Assembly: GCA_963841135.1 (NCBI GenBank)
Contig: CAWJBJ010000004.1
Coordinates: 829,165-893,164, forward strand
Length of the DNA: 64,000 bases
Direction of reading: 5' to 3'
Source: an uncultured Chloroflexia bacterium
Lineage (GTDB): Bacteria > Chloroflexota > Limnocylindria > Limnocylindrales > CSP1-4
This document shows positions 30,441 to 39,927 of the stretch, piece after piece. The position numbers and the translations under genes are program-made. Numbering within the stretch: position 1 is the stretch's first letter; the number at the start of each line of letters is the position of its first letter. The notes beneath the pieces were generated by a model, which saw nothing but the letters and a program-made list of their open reading frames with translations, was not told the origin of the DNA and did not search any database.

Positions 30441-30695
30441 ATGTCAACGCCACGAACCTTTCTCGTCGAAGCCTACGTGCCGGCTCGATCCGACTTCGGG
30501 CCGGTCCTCGAGCAGGCTCGTCGGGTCGCCGCGCCGCAGGGTCCTGGGGACCCGATCCGGCACGTGCGCTCGATCCTGCTCTCGGACGACGAGACGTGCT
30601 TCCACCTGTACGAGGCGGCGTCGATCGACGCGCTGTCGAGCGCGATCACGGCGACCGACATCCGCGCCCACCGGATCGTCGAGGTGACTACGTGA
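30441..30695 (+). CDS. small DUF4242-like protein (84 aa)
   Basis: MSTPRTFLVEAYVPARSD...ETCFHLYEAASIDALSSAITATDIRAHRIVEVTT, loosely matching the DUF4242 pattern (F.vE.y......fCl.EA.s.dA......e.I.EV). Its stop overlaps the next start (GTGA). Confidence 0.45.
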   Translation: MSTPRTFLVEAYVPARSDFGPVLEQARRVAAPQGPGDPIRHVRSILLSDDETCFHLYEAASIDALSSAITATDIRAHRIVEVTT

Positions 30696-33193
30696 GAACC
30701 ACATACCTGGCCGCGGGGCTCGTCGCCATCCTCGTCGCGACCGGCTGCGGCAGCCAGGTCCAGTCGCCCCGCCCAGTCGACCCGTCGCGCCCCGGCGACG
30801 CAACGGCCCCGGCGGTCCCAAGCGGAGCCGCCGGGAGCCCGGGCGTCGGACCGGCGCCCAGCGACGGCACGGCGGGCGATCCGGGCGTGCCCGCTGACAT
30901 CGCCGCGGACGTCGACTCCCTGTTCGGGTCGACGACGTTCGAGGCGGCCGTCGCCGCGACACGCACGATCCTCGAGAAGTCGGGCGTCGTCATCACCGAG
31001 GACCCAACGACCGCGACGGCCTCCGCGGCCGGACTCTATTTGTCGGACCTCGAGCTCCGCCACATCGCGGACGAGGCTCGCGACGCCGCGAAGGTGGGGC
31101 GCCTCTCGTTCGCCGATTTCGCCTCGACCTTCGGCGGCGCCGCCATGCTTCCGCCGAACGACAGCCTCCTCGCGGGATTCGCTGCACTCGACTTCAGCGT
31201 GCCGGCGAGCAGGCCCGCCCCGGACCCCAACGCCACGCCGGCTCCGATCCGGACTCCGGCCCCGGGCGAGACGCCTCCGCCACGGACGGGAGCGAACGCA
31301 GACCTCTCGACGATGCCGGGCCATATGGCGACGTTCCTCACAGGCTGGGTCACGCTCGCGGCGACGCAACGCGCCGTCTCCTCGGAGCCCGAGCTCCAGG
31401 CCCTCACGGCCCCGCCGCTCTATCTCCAGGCTCTCGCCGCGCGTCAGCTGGAGCCGGTGGACCTCCGGGCGCCGTTCAACCCGAACGACCTTCGCCTGGG
31501 CGCACTCCAGCTCACGCTCCTGGTCGCGGGCATGCGCGCGACGCTCAGCTACGCGCAGGCCGATCCCGCCATCGCAGGGCGATCGCCGGACATCGTTCTC
31601 GCGTCGGCCCGCCAGCCCATCGGTGTGACGGAAGCGGCGAGCCAGGCGACGTTCTCCGATTGCGACCAGCTCAAGCGCCTGCTCGACGCCCAGGTGCCCC
31701 TCGGAACGATCCTCGGCCTCGAGTCCAAGGGCTTCATCAAGGACATGGTCAAGGGCTTCATCAACGGTCTCTTTGGAGCCGGCACGGCCGTGGCCCAGTT
31801 CGTCAGCCCTGCCTTCACTGCGCTGGGCCTGCTGTTCAAGGTGGCGGCGCTCGTGCTCCTTTACGAACACGCGCGGGCGGAACTCACGCTCCTGCCCGCC
31901 TTCATGCACAAGCCCGATCGGCAGGCTGGCTTCGCGACCGCGACCGTCAAAGCGGGGATCCCGGACGCTGAGTGGGAGCGTGCGAAGCAGGAACGCGCGA
32001 ATGACTTCTGGATGACCGCCCTTCGAACCTGCGCGCGGCTTCTAGGCATTCCGGTGACCAGCGACACGATCGACATCGGCGAGAGCATCGCGCATTGGGT
32101 GGTGCAGTGGGAGATCACGGAGGGCCTTGGCACGCACGCGCTCGTCGAGCGCGGTGAGCTGTCGGGTCAGGGTCGGGTCAGCAGCCGCCGCGAGCGTCCG
32201 CTGTCGCGCGTCGATGACCACTCGGGCAATGACATCCTCACGATCTCCATGCTGCCCGAGCAGCTGACCGACCACCCGGGTATCGAATACACCGACCCCG
32301 TCACGGTGTGCGCCCGCATCGTCCCGCGCCACCCGCCTGGCGGGTTCAAGACGCTCCTGAGCGCCGGCTTCGCCGGTCAGTCCCTGGCCTCGGGCGGCAC
32401 CCTCGCCGTGTCATCGCTCGCGGGGCTCCTGGGCGAGCTGTTGACCTCGTTCTACCGCGAGGTGTCCACGATCGACGCCTGCGAGTCGATGAGCGTCTCG
32501 TACCACGTCCCCGGGCCGACGGAGTGGCGCGGTCGGATCACGGTCGAGTACGTCTCCCGGATCGAGGAGACCTCGTCGTCGGTCGAGACCGAAGGATGGG
32601 GATCGGGTCCGTACGGCGAGCCGGCGATGGGTCTCTCGAACAAGAAGCGGAGCACCCAGGTCACCGAGACATTCATGGTCGGCGGCACGGAGGAGCCGGG
32701 CGAAGCGAAGGGGTACGTCTCGATCGCAGGCCGCTCGGCGACCCAGGGCTTCCTCAACGTCTTCGACTACCAGTGGTCGGAGGGCTACACCTCCGCGTGC
32801 CACTACCAGCGTGAGTACATCGAGGACGGCGGCGGCGCCTGGAACCTTTCGTCGGAAGCCAGAGGGTCGATCCTCCTCTACGGCGACGGCAAGTACGAGA
32901 TCAGCGTCAACGGCGCGTTCCGGCCGGACGAGATCCTGCTCCCGTCGACCCAGACCGAGGAGATCGTCAACCTCGGCAGCGACCGCTGCACGCCGCATCC
33001 CCAGAGCACGGAGCTGCCGCTCTTCGTCTCCGAGCCCACGGCTCGCGGCGACCGGATCACCGGCCAGCTCGACCCGACGAATCCGGGTACGCGACTGGCT
33101 GGCTCGCAGACGACCGTGTGGGATGAGCACAGCTACAGCGTCATCACCTGGGACCTGCACCACGAAGGACCCATCCGCCTGCCGCAGTTCTAG
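30693..33193 (+). CDS. large lipoprotein of unknown function (833 aa)
   Basis: The GTG start gives VRTTYLAAGLVAILVATGCGS, a lipobox (L-V-A-T-G-C). A Pro/Ala/Gly-rich linker is followed by a roughly 650-aa region with no motif I recognise. The C-terminal part is Trp/Tyr/Gly/Ser-rich. Confidence 0.6.
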
Positions 33194-33209
33194 CAAGGGG
33201 AGAACACCG

Positions 33210-33923
33210 ATGAACGCTTTCGTCCCGCGGCACGGCCGCCGCCGACCGTCCATGCACCGTGCGAGCGTCACCGTGCTGGCCATCCTCGTCGCGGCCTGTG
33301 GTGGCTCGGCCACGCCAGCGGGCTCCTCGCTGCCCGCATCCGGGGCGCCCGCAACGTCCCCCGCAGCGGGCCAGGCAACGGTCGCGCCGTCGGTCGAGGG
33401 GTCGGCTGCGGCGCCCCCCAGCGAGGCCGCGGCCACCACCGGCCCGACGCCGGCCGTCGTGTCGGGCGACATCGGAAGCGTGATCCCGACGGAGATCGCC
33501 GGCCACCCGATGCGGATCGAGGTGTACACGTCGGCCGGCGACAACTTCCTGTTCATGTGGCAGAGCCAGGAAGTCGCCATCCAGCTCCTCGAGAGCCTCG
33601 GCAAGACGAAGGAGGACGTCACTGCGGCGCAGGGCACCGCCAGCGGCATCGAGTACCCGGAGACGCTGTTCGTCTATGCGTACCGGGTGGCCGGTGCGGA
33701 CGGGCAGGCGTTCCGGGACGGGATGGTCGAGCGGTACCTCGCCCTGTTCGACGGCTGGGACGCCCCGACGAAGACCATGGCTGGCAAGACCGTGGCCGTC
33801 ATGGGCCCCAAGGGCAACGAGGAGTCGGCCGGCCAGGCGTTCTACGCGGTCGGCGATATCGTGTTCCACATCACCTCCAACCACCCGGAGTGGATCGAGG
33901 CGGCGGTGGCGGCTCTGCCCTGA
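33210..33923 (+). CDS. lipoprotein of unknown function (237 aa)
   Basis: AAGGGGAGA Shine-Dalgarno, then MNAFVPRHGRRRPSMHRASVTVLAILVAACGGS (lipobox LVAAC). An Ala/Pro/Ser linker is followed by a roughly 140-aa globular domain. Confidence 0.6.
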   Translation: MNAFVPRHGRRRPSMHRASVTVLAILVAACGGSATPAGSSLPASGAPATSPAAGQATVAPSVEGSAAAPPSEAAATTGPTPAVVSGDIGSVIPTEIAGHPMRIEVYTSAGDNFLFMWQSQEVAIQLLESLGKTKEDVTAAQGTASGIEYPETLFVYAYRVAGADGQAFRDGMVERYLALFDGWDAPTKTMAGKTVAVMGPKGNEESAGQAFYAVGDIVFHITSNHPEWIEAAVAALP

Positions 33924-34011
33924 CGGTCCGGATCGCTGTCCCGTCGGCGTCAGGGGCTTGCTCCGGTCCAGTGCCCAGACGAGTATTCAGGCATCTGACA
34001 GGGAGACCGCG

Positions 34012-36837
34012 CTGGAATTCCGGGTGCTTGGATCGGTGGAAGCGCTCCGTGGCGATGAGACCGTCGCGCTGGGCGGGCGTCGACAACGCGCGTTGTTGGC
34101 GCTCCTGCTCGTCGAGGCAGGCCGGCCCCTCTCGGCGGACTCCCTGGTCGAGGAGCTCTGGCACGGGCAGCCGCCCGCGGGCGCCTCGATCACGTTGCCC
34201 TCCTACGTCTCCAGGCTGCGGGCGGCGCTCGGCCCGGAGATCGCGATCCAGAACACGGCCTCGGGCTACATCCTCGAGGTCTCGCCCGATCAGGTCGACG
34301 CGATCCGGTTCGAACGGCTCGTGCGCGAGGGAGTCGAGGCGCTGGCACGTGGTGCGGCCCGACGAGCCGCCGAACGGTTGCGGGCCGGGCTGGCGCTCTG
34401 GCACGGTGCACCGTTCGGCGATGTCGGTGACGACGGCGCGTTACGCCTCGAGGCGGACCGGCTCGAGGAACTCCACATCGTCGCCCTCGAGGAACGGATC
34501 GAGGCCGACCTCGCGCTCGGCGTCAGCGTTTCCCTCGTCCCTGAGCTCGAGGCGCTCGTTCGCGAGCACCCATACCGGGAGCGGTTCTGGGGCCAGTTGA
34601 TGCTCGCGCTCTACCGCGCTCAACGCCAAGCGGATGCGCTCGCGACCTACCGCCGCCTGCGCGGCATCCTGGACGACGAGCTTGGCCTCGAGCCGAGCCC
34701 CGAGCTCCAGGCCCTCGAGCAGGCCATCCTCCTCCACGAGGTCGCCGTCGTCCTGCCGGCCGACGAGCGCCACAACCTGCCGGTGGCGGTGACGAGCTTC
34801 ATCGGCCGTGAGATCCAGCTGGCCGAGATCGACCGCCACCTCGGCGATGCGCGTCTGGTGACGTTGACCGGCATCGGCGGCGTCGGCAAGACCCGTCTGG
34901 CCCTGGAGGCTGCAACCCGGGCGCTCCCGGACTTTTCGGACGGCGTCTGCTTCGTCGATCTGTCCGGCTTGACGGAGACGCGCCTCGTCGGGCGCCACGT
35001 CCTGCTCGCCCTGGAGGTCCGCGAGGACGACCCGTCGAAGGTCGCCGACCTCCTCCATGCCCGACTGCGCGACGCGAGTCTCCTGCTCGTCCTCGACAAC
35101 TGTGAGCATCTTCGTGAGGCGTGCGCTGAACTCGCCCAGGCGTTGCTCAGCTCGAGCGTGGGGTTGCGCATCCTCGCGACCAGCCGAGAGGTCCTCGGCG
35201 CGCCCGGGGAGATCGACTACCCGGTCGCGTCGCTGATGCTTCCCTCGTCCGGTGCCGATCCCGAGGCGCTGCGGACGTCGGAGGCGGTCCGGCTCTTCCT
35301 GGCGAGGGCGAGGGCCGCTCGGCCGCGCCTTCCCGACGACGACCGGTCCGCCGCGACCGCGGCCCGGATCTGCTCCGAGCTCGATGGGCTGCCGCTCGCG
35401 ATCGAGCTTGCGGCCGCCCGTGCGAAAGCGTTGTCGCTCGAGGACATCGCGGGTCGGCTCTCGGACCGCTTCCGCTTCCTCGTCTCCTCGCGCCGGCTGT
35501 CCTCGGCTCGTCACCGCACGCTCAGGGAGGCCATGGATTGGAGCTACGAGCTTCTCTCGCCGGACGAGCAGATGCTGCTCACCCGCCTGGCCGTCTTCGC
35601 CGGCGATTTCACGCTGGACGCCGTCGCGACGGTCTGCCTCGACGGCGACGGCGATCGCGCCTATGCGCTGGTCGAGCGCCTCGTCGGGACGTCGCTCGTG
35701 ACCGCCGACGAGCAGCGCGGCGAGATGCGGTACCGCCTGCTGGAGACGGTCCGGCAGTACGCGGCCGGGCGGCTCGACGGGGAGACCGCCGAGCAGACCC
35801 GGCGAGCACATGCACAGTACTTCCTGGCAGTCGCGGAGGGCGCCGATCTGACGGCGGTCCCGCGCCGGGCGCAGCAGCGCCTCGATGTGGCGATCGCAGC
35901 CCAGGACAACCTGCGCAGCGCGCTCGCGTGGTCCGTGGACAGTGGCTCGGTCGCATTCGGCCTCGAGCTTGCGACGTCGCTCGAACGGTTCTGGGTCACC
36001 CGCGATGCGCGCGAGGGGATGCGCTGGTTCGCCGCGCTTTTGGATCTGCCCGGGGCCGTCGAGGTCGCACCGATCGTGCGCGCGAACGCCCTGCGAGCAT
36101 ACGGTGGCGCGGCCGAGGTGGCCGGGCTGCACGATGTCGCCGAAGCGCTGTGGCAGCAGAGCCTCGACCTCTTCGAGCAGCTTGGCGACGAGCACGGTCA
36201 GGCTGTGCTCCTCCATCGACTGGGGATCAGTGCGATGCGGCGGGGCGACCTCGACCGAGCGCGCGAACTGGTCGAACGCAGCCACGGGACCCACGAGCAG
36301 AACGATGACGCGTGGGGCCAGGCGCAGACGGTGGGGACCTTGGGGGCGATCGCTCGCGACGCCGGAGACGCGCAGGGCGCAGTCGCGTTCATGGAGGCGA
36401 GCGCGGGCCTCGCCCATGACGCCGGCTTCCCCTGGTGGGAGAGCGGCATGCTCGCCGAGCTCGCGAACCTCTCCCTGGACGCAGGCCGCATCGACGAAGG
36501 GGAGCGCCGCGCACGCGCGTCGCTCGCCCTTGCCGAACAGATGGGCGATCGTCCCGGACGCGTGTTCGGCATAGGCCTGCTGGCCCGTGTCGCGGCGGTG
36601 CAGGGGCAGCACGAACGCGCCACCCGCCTATGGGCCGCGGTCGAGCACGAGGATGCTGGCGCCCCGCTGGGCGGCTGGCGCCATCACCGCGACGCCTATG
36701 AGGTCCTCATGCGGGTGCACCTCTTGCCAGAGGCTGGGACGACGGACGATCGGCCTCGCCTGACGCTCGACGAAGCGGCGTCCCTGGCCCTCGAGCCGTC
36801 GACGGCGCGTGCCGGCGATCCCGTGCGACCCGCGTAG
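34012..36837 (+). CDS. AfsR/SARP-family regulator (OmpR-type winged-helix + BTAD + NB-ARC ATPase + TPR)
   Basis: LEFRVLGSVEALRGDETVALGGRRQRALLALLLVEAGRPLSADSLVEELW (SARP DNA-binding), BTAD, GIGGVGKTRLA (P-loop), TPR-like C-terminus. No ATG/GTG precedes the conserved LEFRVLG. AGGGAGA sits 6 nt upstream of the CTG at 34012, so either a non-canonical start or a sequence error is present. Confidence 0.75.
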   Translation: MEFRVLGSVEALRGDETVALGGRRQRALLALLLVEAGRPLSADSLVEELWHGQPPAGASITLPSYVSRLRAALGPEIAIQNTASGYILEVSPDQVDAIRFERLVREGVEALARGAARRAAERLRAGLALWHGAPFGDVGDDGALRLEADRLEELHIVALEERIEADLALGVSVSLVPELEALVREHPYRERFWGQLMLALYRAQRQADALATYRRLRGILDDELGLEPSPELQALEQAILLHEVAVVLPADERHNLPVAVTSFIGREIQLAEIDRHLGDARLVTLTGIGGVGKTRLALEAATRALPDFSDGVCFVDLSGLTETRLVGRHVLLALEVREDDPSKVADLLHARLRDASLLLVLDNCEHLREACAELAQALLSSSVGLRILATSREVLGAPGEIDYPVASLMLPSSGADPEALRTSEAVRLFLARARAARPRLPDDDRSAATAARICSELDGLPLAIELAAARAKALSLEDIAGRLSDRFRFLVSSRRLSSARHRTLREAMDWSYELLSPDEQMLLTRLAVFAGDFTLDAVATVCLDGDGDRAYALVERLVGTSLVTADEQRGEMRYRLLETVRQYAAGRLDGETAEQTRRAHAQYFLAVAEGADLTAVPRRAQQRLDVAIAAQDNLRSALAWSVDSGSVAFGLELATSLERFWVTRDAREGMRWFAALLDLPGAVEVAPIVRANALRAYGGAAEVAGLHDVAEALWQQSLDLFEQLGDEHGQAVLLHRLGISAMRRGDLDRARELVERSHGTHEQNDDAWGQAQTVGTLGAIARDAGDAQGAVAFMEASAGLAHDAGFPWWESGMLAELANLSLDAGRIDEGERRARASLALAEQMGDRPGRVFGIGLLARVAAVQGQHERATRLWAAVEHEDAGAPLGGWRHHRDAYEVLMRVHLLPEAGTTDDRPRLTLDEAASLALEPSTARAGDPVRPA

Positions 36838-36866
36838 GGGCGGCGCCGGGAGCGCTGTGGGCCGAC

Positions 36867-36881
36867 TGCAAGGAGATTGCA
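36867..36881. promoter_or_regulatory. perfect 5+5 inverted repeat TGCAA-GGAGA-TTGCA in the intergenic region after the SARP gene
   Basis: Seen directly. It lies 140 nt upstream of the next plus-strand gene. Confidence 0.3.
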
Positions 36882-37021
36882 AACACCGAAAACCACGATC
36901 GAGGCGAGTGGATGGGTCAGCCGCGATGGCGCCCACCACGGACGGATCGGAACCGTTCGGCCCCGCTCGACCGATGTCGGCGATGGATCCCTGATGGCTC
37001 GGACCCGCCCGCCAGACATGG

Positions 37022-37816
37022 GTGGCCCCGATGAGATACCTGCCGTCGCAGAACGCCGATCCCGGCGGCGCCACGACCCTCACGGCCGATCCGTCGCTCG
37101 ATCCCGGCGAGCGCCTGACGATGCCGGACGGTTCCTCGGCGCCGGTCGTGATGATCGAGGAGTATTCGGGGATCGCTCCGGTCCGAGTGAGCGGGCGAGC
37201 GGATCGATGGCTCGCGCTGGCGATCGCGGTGGGGGTCGCGGTCATCGGCTTGGGCATCACCGGCCGGATCGGAACGTCGCCAAGTCGCGCCGACGCGTCT
37301 ATCGGCTCGGCCGCTGCGCCATCGATCGGCCATGTGTCGACGCCGATGCCGGCGGCGATCGTCGCGGCCGCGACCCCGTCACCAACGGCAGCGGCCCCGT
37401 CTGCCGACACATTTGTGGCGGTCTTCGAGGTGTCGAGCATCACCAGAGCGGGCTCGACCGCGGTCAGGCTTCAGCGCTCGATCGTGTCGGCGGGATCCGA
37501 AGACGTGACAGTGATGGTCGACGGCCACGCACCGTTCAACGTTGCGACCGTGACGATCGACGTCCGAACGACTTCAGGATCGCTTCTCGCATCGACCGTC
37601 GTGCCCACGATGGGCGATGAGCGGCCTGGGATCGATGGCCTCCCCCGGGTGGGATACCGCACCATCGCCTGGCACATCGACGTCCCCGGGCCGATCCCAG
37701 CCGATGGCTGGCTGGTCGAGATGGCCTGGCGCGACGGCTCCGCAGCCTCGCTGGGGTCGGTCACCCAACGGATCCCGGCGACCCTCGCCGAGCGGTCAGG
37801 CCGCCCCGCCGACTGA
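37022..37816 (+). CDS. hypothetical membrane-anchored protein
   Basis: One TM helix (WLALAIAVGVAVIGLGI), then an Ala/Pro linker and a roughly 150-aa beta-like domain. Composition is more protein-like than the overlapping minus-strand ORF 36628..37443. The start (GTG 37022 or ATG 37031) is uncertain. Confidence 0.45.
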   Translation: MAPMRYLPSQNADPGGATTLTADPSLDPGERLTMPDGSSAPVVMIEEYSGIAPVRVSGRADRWLALAIAVGVAVIGLGITGRIGTSPSRADASIGSAAAPSIGHVSTPMPAAIVAAATPSPTAAAPSADTFVAVFEVSSITRAGSTAVRLQRSIVSAGSEDVTVMVDGHAPFNVATVTIDVRTTSGSLLASTVVPTMGDERPGIDGLPRVGYRTIAWHIDVPGPIPADGWLVEMAWRDGSAASLGSVTQRIPATLAERSGRPAD

Positions 37817-37855
37817 TCGCGGGCCGAGCCCCGCGGCCCTGGCTATGATCGTCGG

Positions 37856-38299
37856 GTGAGCCCATCAGTCGACATCAGCGCGCTGCCGAAATGGGGTTTC
37901 GCCGATCCCGGACCGCTGCGTGACGAGCTGACAGCCCTGGCCTTGGCCGGGACGAAGACGACAACGGCCAGCCTCTTCGTCGAGTTCGCGCTCGACGGCG
38001 AATCCGTCCCTGTGGCGGGCCAGGTCGACGTGTTGGTCGACTCGGATGGGCGTCCCATCGCGCTCGTCGAGAACATCAGCGTGCGAACGGTGCGATTGGC
38101 TGACGTCGACGACCAGCACGCGATCGACGAGGGCGAGGGGTATGCCGATGCGGCAGCCTTCAGAGTCGACCACGAGGCCTATTGGAATGGCTACATCGAT
38201 CGGATCCGCGAAGGGCTCGGCGACCCAGGCTTCGCGTTGACCGATGAGACTCTGGTCGTCCTCGAGCGATTCCGGATCCTCGAGCGTCTCGAGCCCTGA
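37856..38299 (+). CDS. ASCH domain-containing protein
   Basis: 147 aa. GTG start. The pattern fits ASCH/PUA-like small proteins (…KTTTASLF…VDVLVDSDGRPIALVENISVRTVRLADV…EGEGY…). Confidence 0.65.
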   Translation: MSPSVDISALPKWGFADPGPLRDELTALALAGTKTTTASLFVEFALDGESVPVAGQVDVLVDSDGRPIALVENISVRTVRLADVDDQHAIDEGEGYADAAAFRVDHEAYWNGYIDRIREGLGDPGFALTDETLVVLERFRILERLEP

Positions 38300-38306
38300 C
38301 GATGGT

Positions 38307-39008
38307 CTAGGCGCGCTGCCGGGCGATCGTCAACCCGACGATCCGGGAGATGACCAGGGCGACGTACATCAGTCCCGCGACCTGCTCGATCATCACCCAC
38401 GAGCGGGCATGGGGCAGGACCGGCGTGATGTCGGACAGGCCGACGCTGGACAGGTTCGTGAACGACAGGAAGAGCATCTGGAACCACGTGCGCTGGGCTT
38501 CCGGGTCGATGGCGGCGGTGAACGAGCCGGGCCAGATGACCTGGACGGCCATGAACGTGTACGCGAAGGCCCAGGCAACGACCGTGAACGTCGCCGCCGT
38601 GGCCCAGAGCTCGTCGGTCGTCACGAAGCGATCGAGGAACATGTAGCGGAGCAGGGCGACAGTCGTATAGAAGTAGAAGGCCGCGTGCAGGACCGACGAC
38701 CACAGGATGACCTGGGCGTTGAGCGGGTCCACGACCTCGAGGATGGTCAGGATCACGATGGGCACGCCGAGAACCACGGACACCCACACCAACGCCGGGG
38801 TGGCCTGCACGGCCCGGACGGCCAGGAACAGGACCACCAGGGCGAACGACGAGAGCGCCGCCCGGCCGATGGCCGACTCGTCCATGAACGGGTAGAGCAG
38901 CACGCCGATGAGCTGGACGGCGAGCAGCACAGCCGAGGGTCGCCGCCAGAGCCCAGAAAGCCAGCCGGTCATCGCGGCCAAGTCTACGGGCGGCGTAGGC
39001 CCCGGCAC
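38307..39008 (-). CDS. ion-transport (Ion_trans_2) membrane protein, putative K+ channel with degenerate selectivity filter
   Basis: TM helices flank a pore-helix-like segment FLSFTNLSSVGLSDITP (compare TxTTVGYGD). The start may be Met13 (38972). Confidence 0.6.
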   Translation of the reverse strand: MPGPTPPVDLAAMTGWLSGLWRRPSAVLLAVQLIGVLLYPFMDESAIGRAALSSFALVVLFLAVRAVQATPALVWVSVVLGVPIVILTILEVVDPLNAQVILWSSVLHAAFYFYTTVALLRYMFLDRFVTTDELWATAATFTVVAWAFAYTFMAVQVIWPGSFTAAIDPEAQRTWFQMLFLSFTNLSSVGLSDITPVLPHARSWVMIEQVAGLMYVALVISRIVGLTIARQRA

Positions 39009-39009
39009 A

Positions 39010-39927
39010 CTACCGAGAGAAGGCCTCGAACGGGTTGCTCTGGGTCAGACGGGTGATCACGGCCTCGTCGACGGTCTTCCGCAGCGCGGGCAGGAATCGC
39101 TCGCTCAGATAGGTGTAGGGCCTGGGGGTGCCGCCGCCAGGCTGCGCCGGATCGTATGCACCTCGGTCCTGGCTCAACAGGAGGCGACCACCGAGGTCAG
39201 CGTCGAGCGCGCGCTCGATCCGCTCCACGAAGAACGCGTCGTCGAGGTCGTCGCTGCCGATCGCGTCGTACTCGATCCAGCTGCCGCGCCGAGCGATCTC
39301 CAGATGCAGGTCGACGTCCGGTTCGGCCTGGGTGTGGATCCAGATGAAGCGATCGGGGGTGACACCTGCTGATTCGAGGATGTCGAGCTGCTCCCGCACG
39401 ACCCGGCCTCGGATCGTGTGGCTGCCGATGACGCTGCCGGTCGCCTTCGCGGCCCTGGCCGCCGCACGCAGGATCTTCGTCTCGCACGCGGTCATGCCGT
39501 CGTCGCCGGCACTGAGCTTGATCCAGCCGGCCTGCACGCCCGTGCCGGCGATCTCGTCGCTGAGCTCGCGGACCATCCATTCGTGCAGCTCGTCTTCGCT
39601 GGCGTCGTGGCCCCACGGGGGCACCCACGGCTCGCGGTAGATCCCGGTCGGGACGATGAGCGGGAAGCCCGCTGCCTCAGATACGGCTCGGTCGATGTCG
39701 GCACGGCGTCCGACGCCGAGCGCGCTCGCCTCGACGATCGCGCTGACACCCGCAGATCGAGCCCGTGCGAGCTCCGGCGCCATGAGCGCGACCACGTCAG
39801 CGGGTTCCGCCTCCGCGTAGCTTGGCTGGTCCCACGTCCGAAGGTCGACGAAGACGTGTTCATGGGGCAGGACCATGCCAAGCTCATCGGCGCCCTTCGG
39901 TCCGAGCGTCGTCATGATCTGGGCCAT
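39010..39927 (-). CDS. phosphotriesterase-family (PTE/Php) metal-dependent hydrolase
   Basis: MAQIMTTLGPKGADELGMVLPHEHVFVDL (HxH metal motif), a TIM-barrel amidohydrolase pattern, ...SQDRGAYD. The ATG overlaps the ligase stop (TGATG). Confidence 0.8.
   Translation of the reverse strand: MAQIMTTLGPKGADELGMVLPHEHVFVDLRTWDQPSYAEAEPADVVALMAPELARARSAGVSAIVEASALGVGRRADIDRAVSEAAGFPLIVPTGIYREPWVPPWGHDASEDELHEWMVRELSDEIAGTGVQAGWIKLSAGDDGMTACETKILRAAARAAKATGSVIGSHTIRGRVVREQLDILESAGVTPDRFIWIHTQAEPDVDLHLEIARRGSWIEYDAIGSDDLDDAFFVERIERALDADLGGRLLLSQDRGAYDPAQPGGGTPRPYTYLSERFLPALRKTVDEAVITRLTQSNPFEAFSR

Noticed and set aside
36628-37443. 271-aa minus-strand ORF and the plus-strand ORF 36877..37620
   Set aside because: The first overlaps the SARP 3' end. 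Both have Arg/Asp/Gly-rich junk composition. The plus-strand 37022..37816 frame has a TM helix and protein-like composition, so it was preferred.
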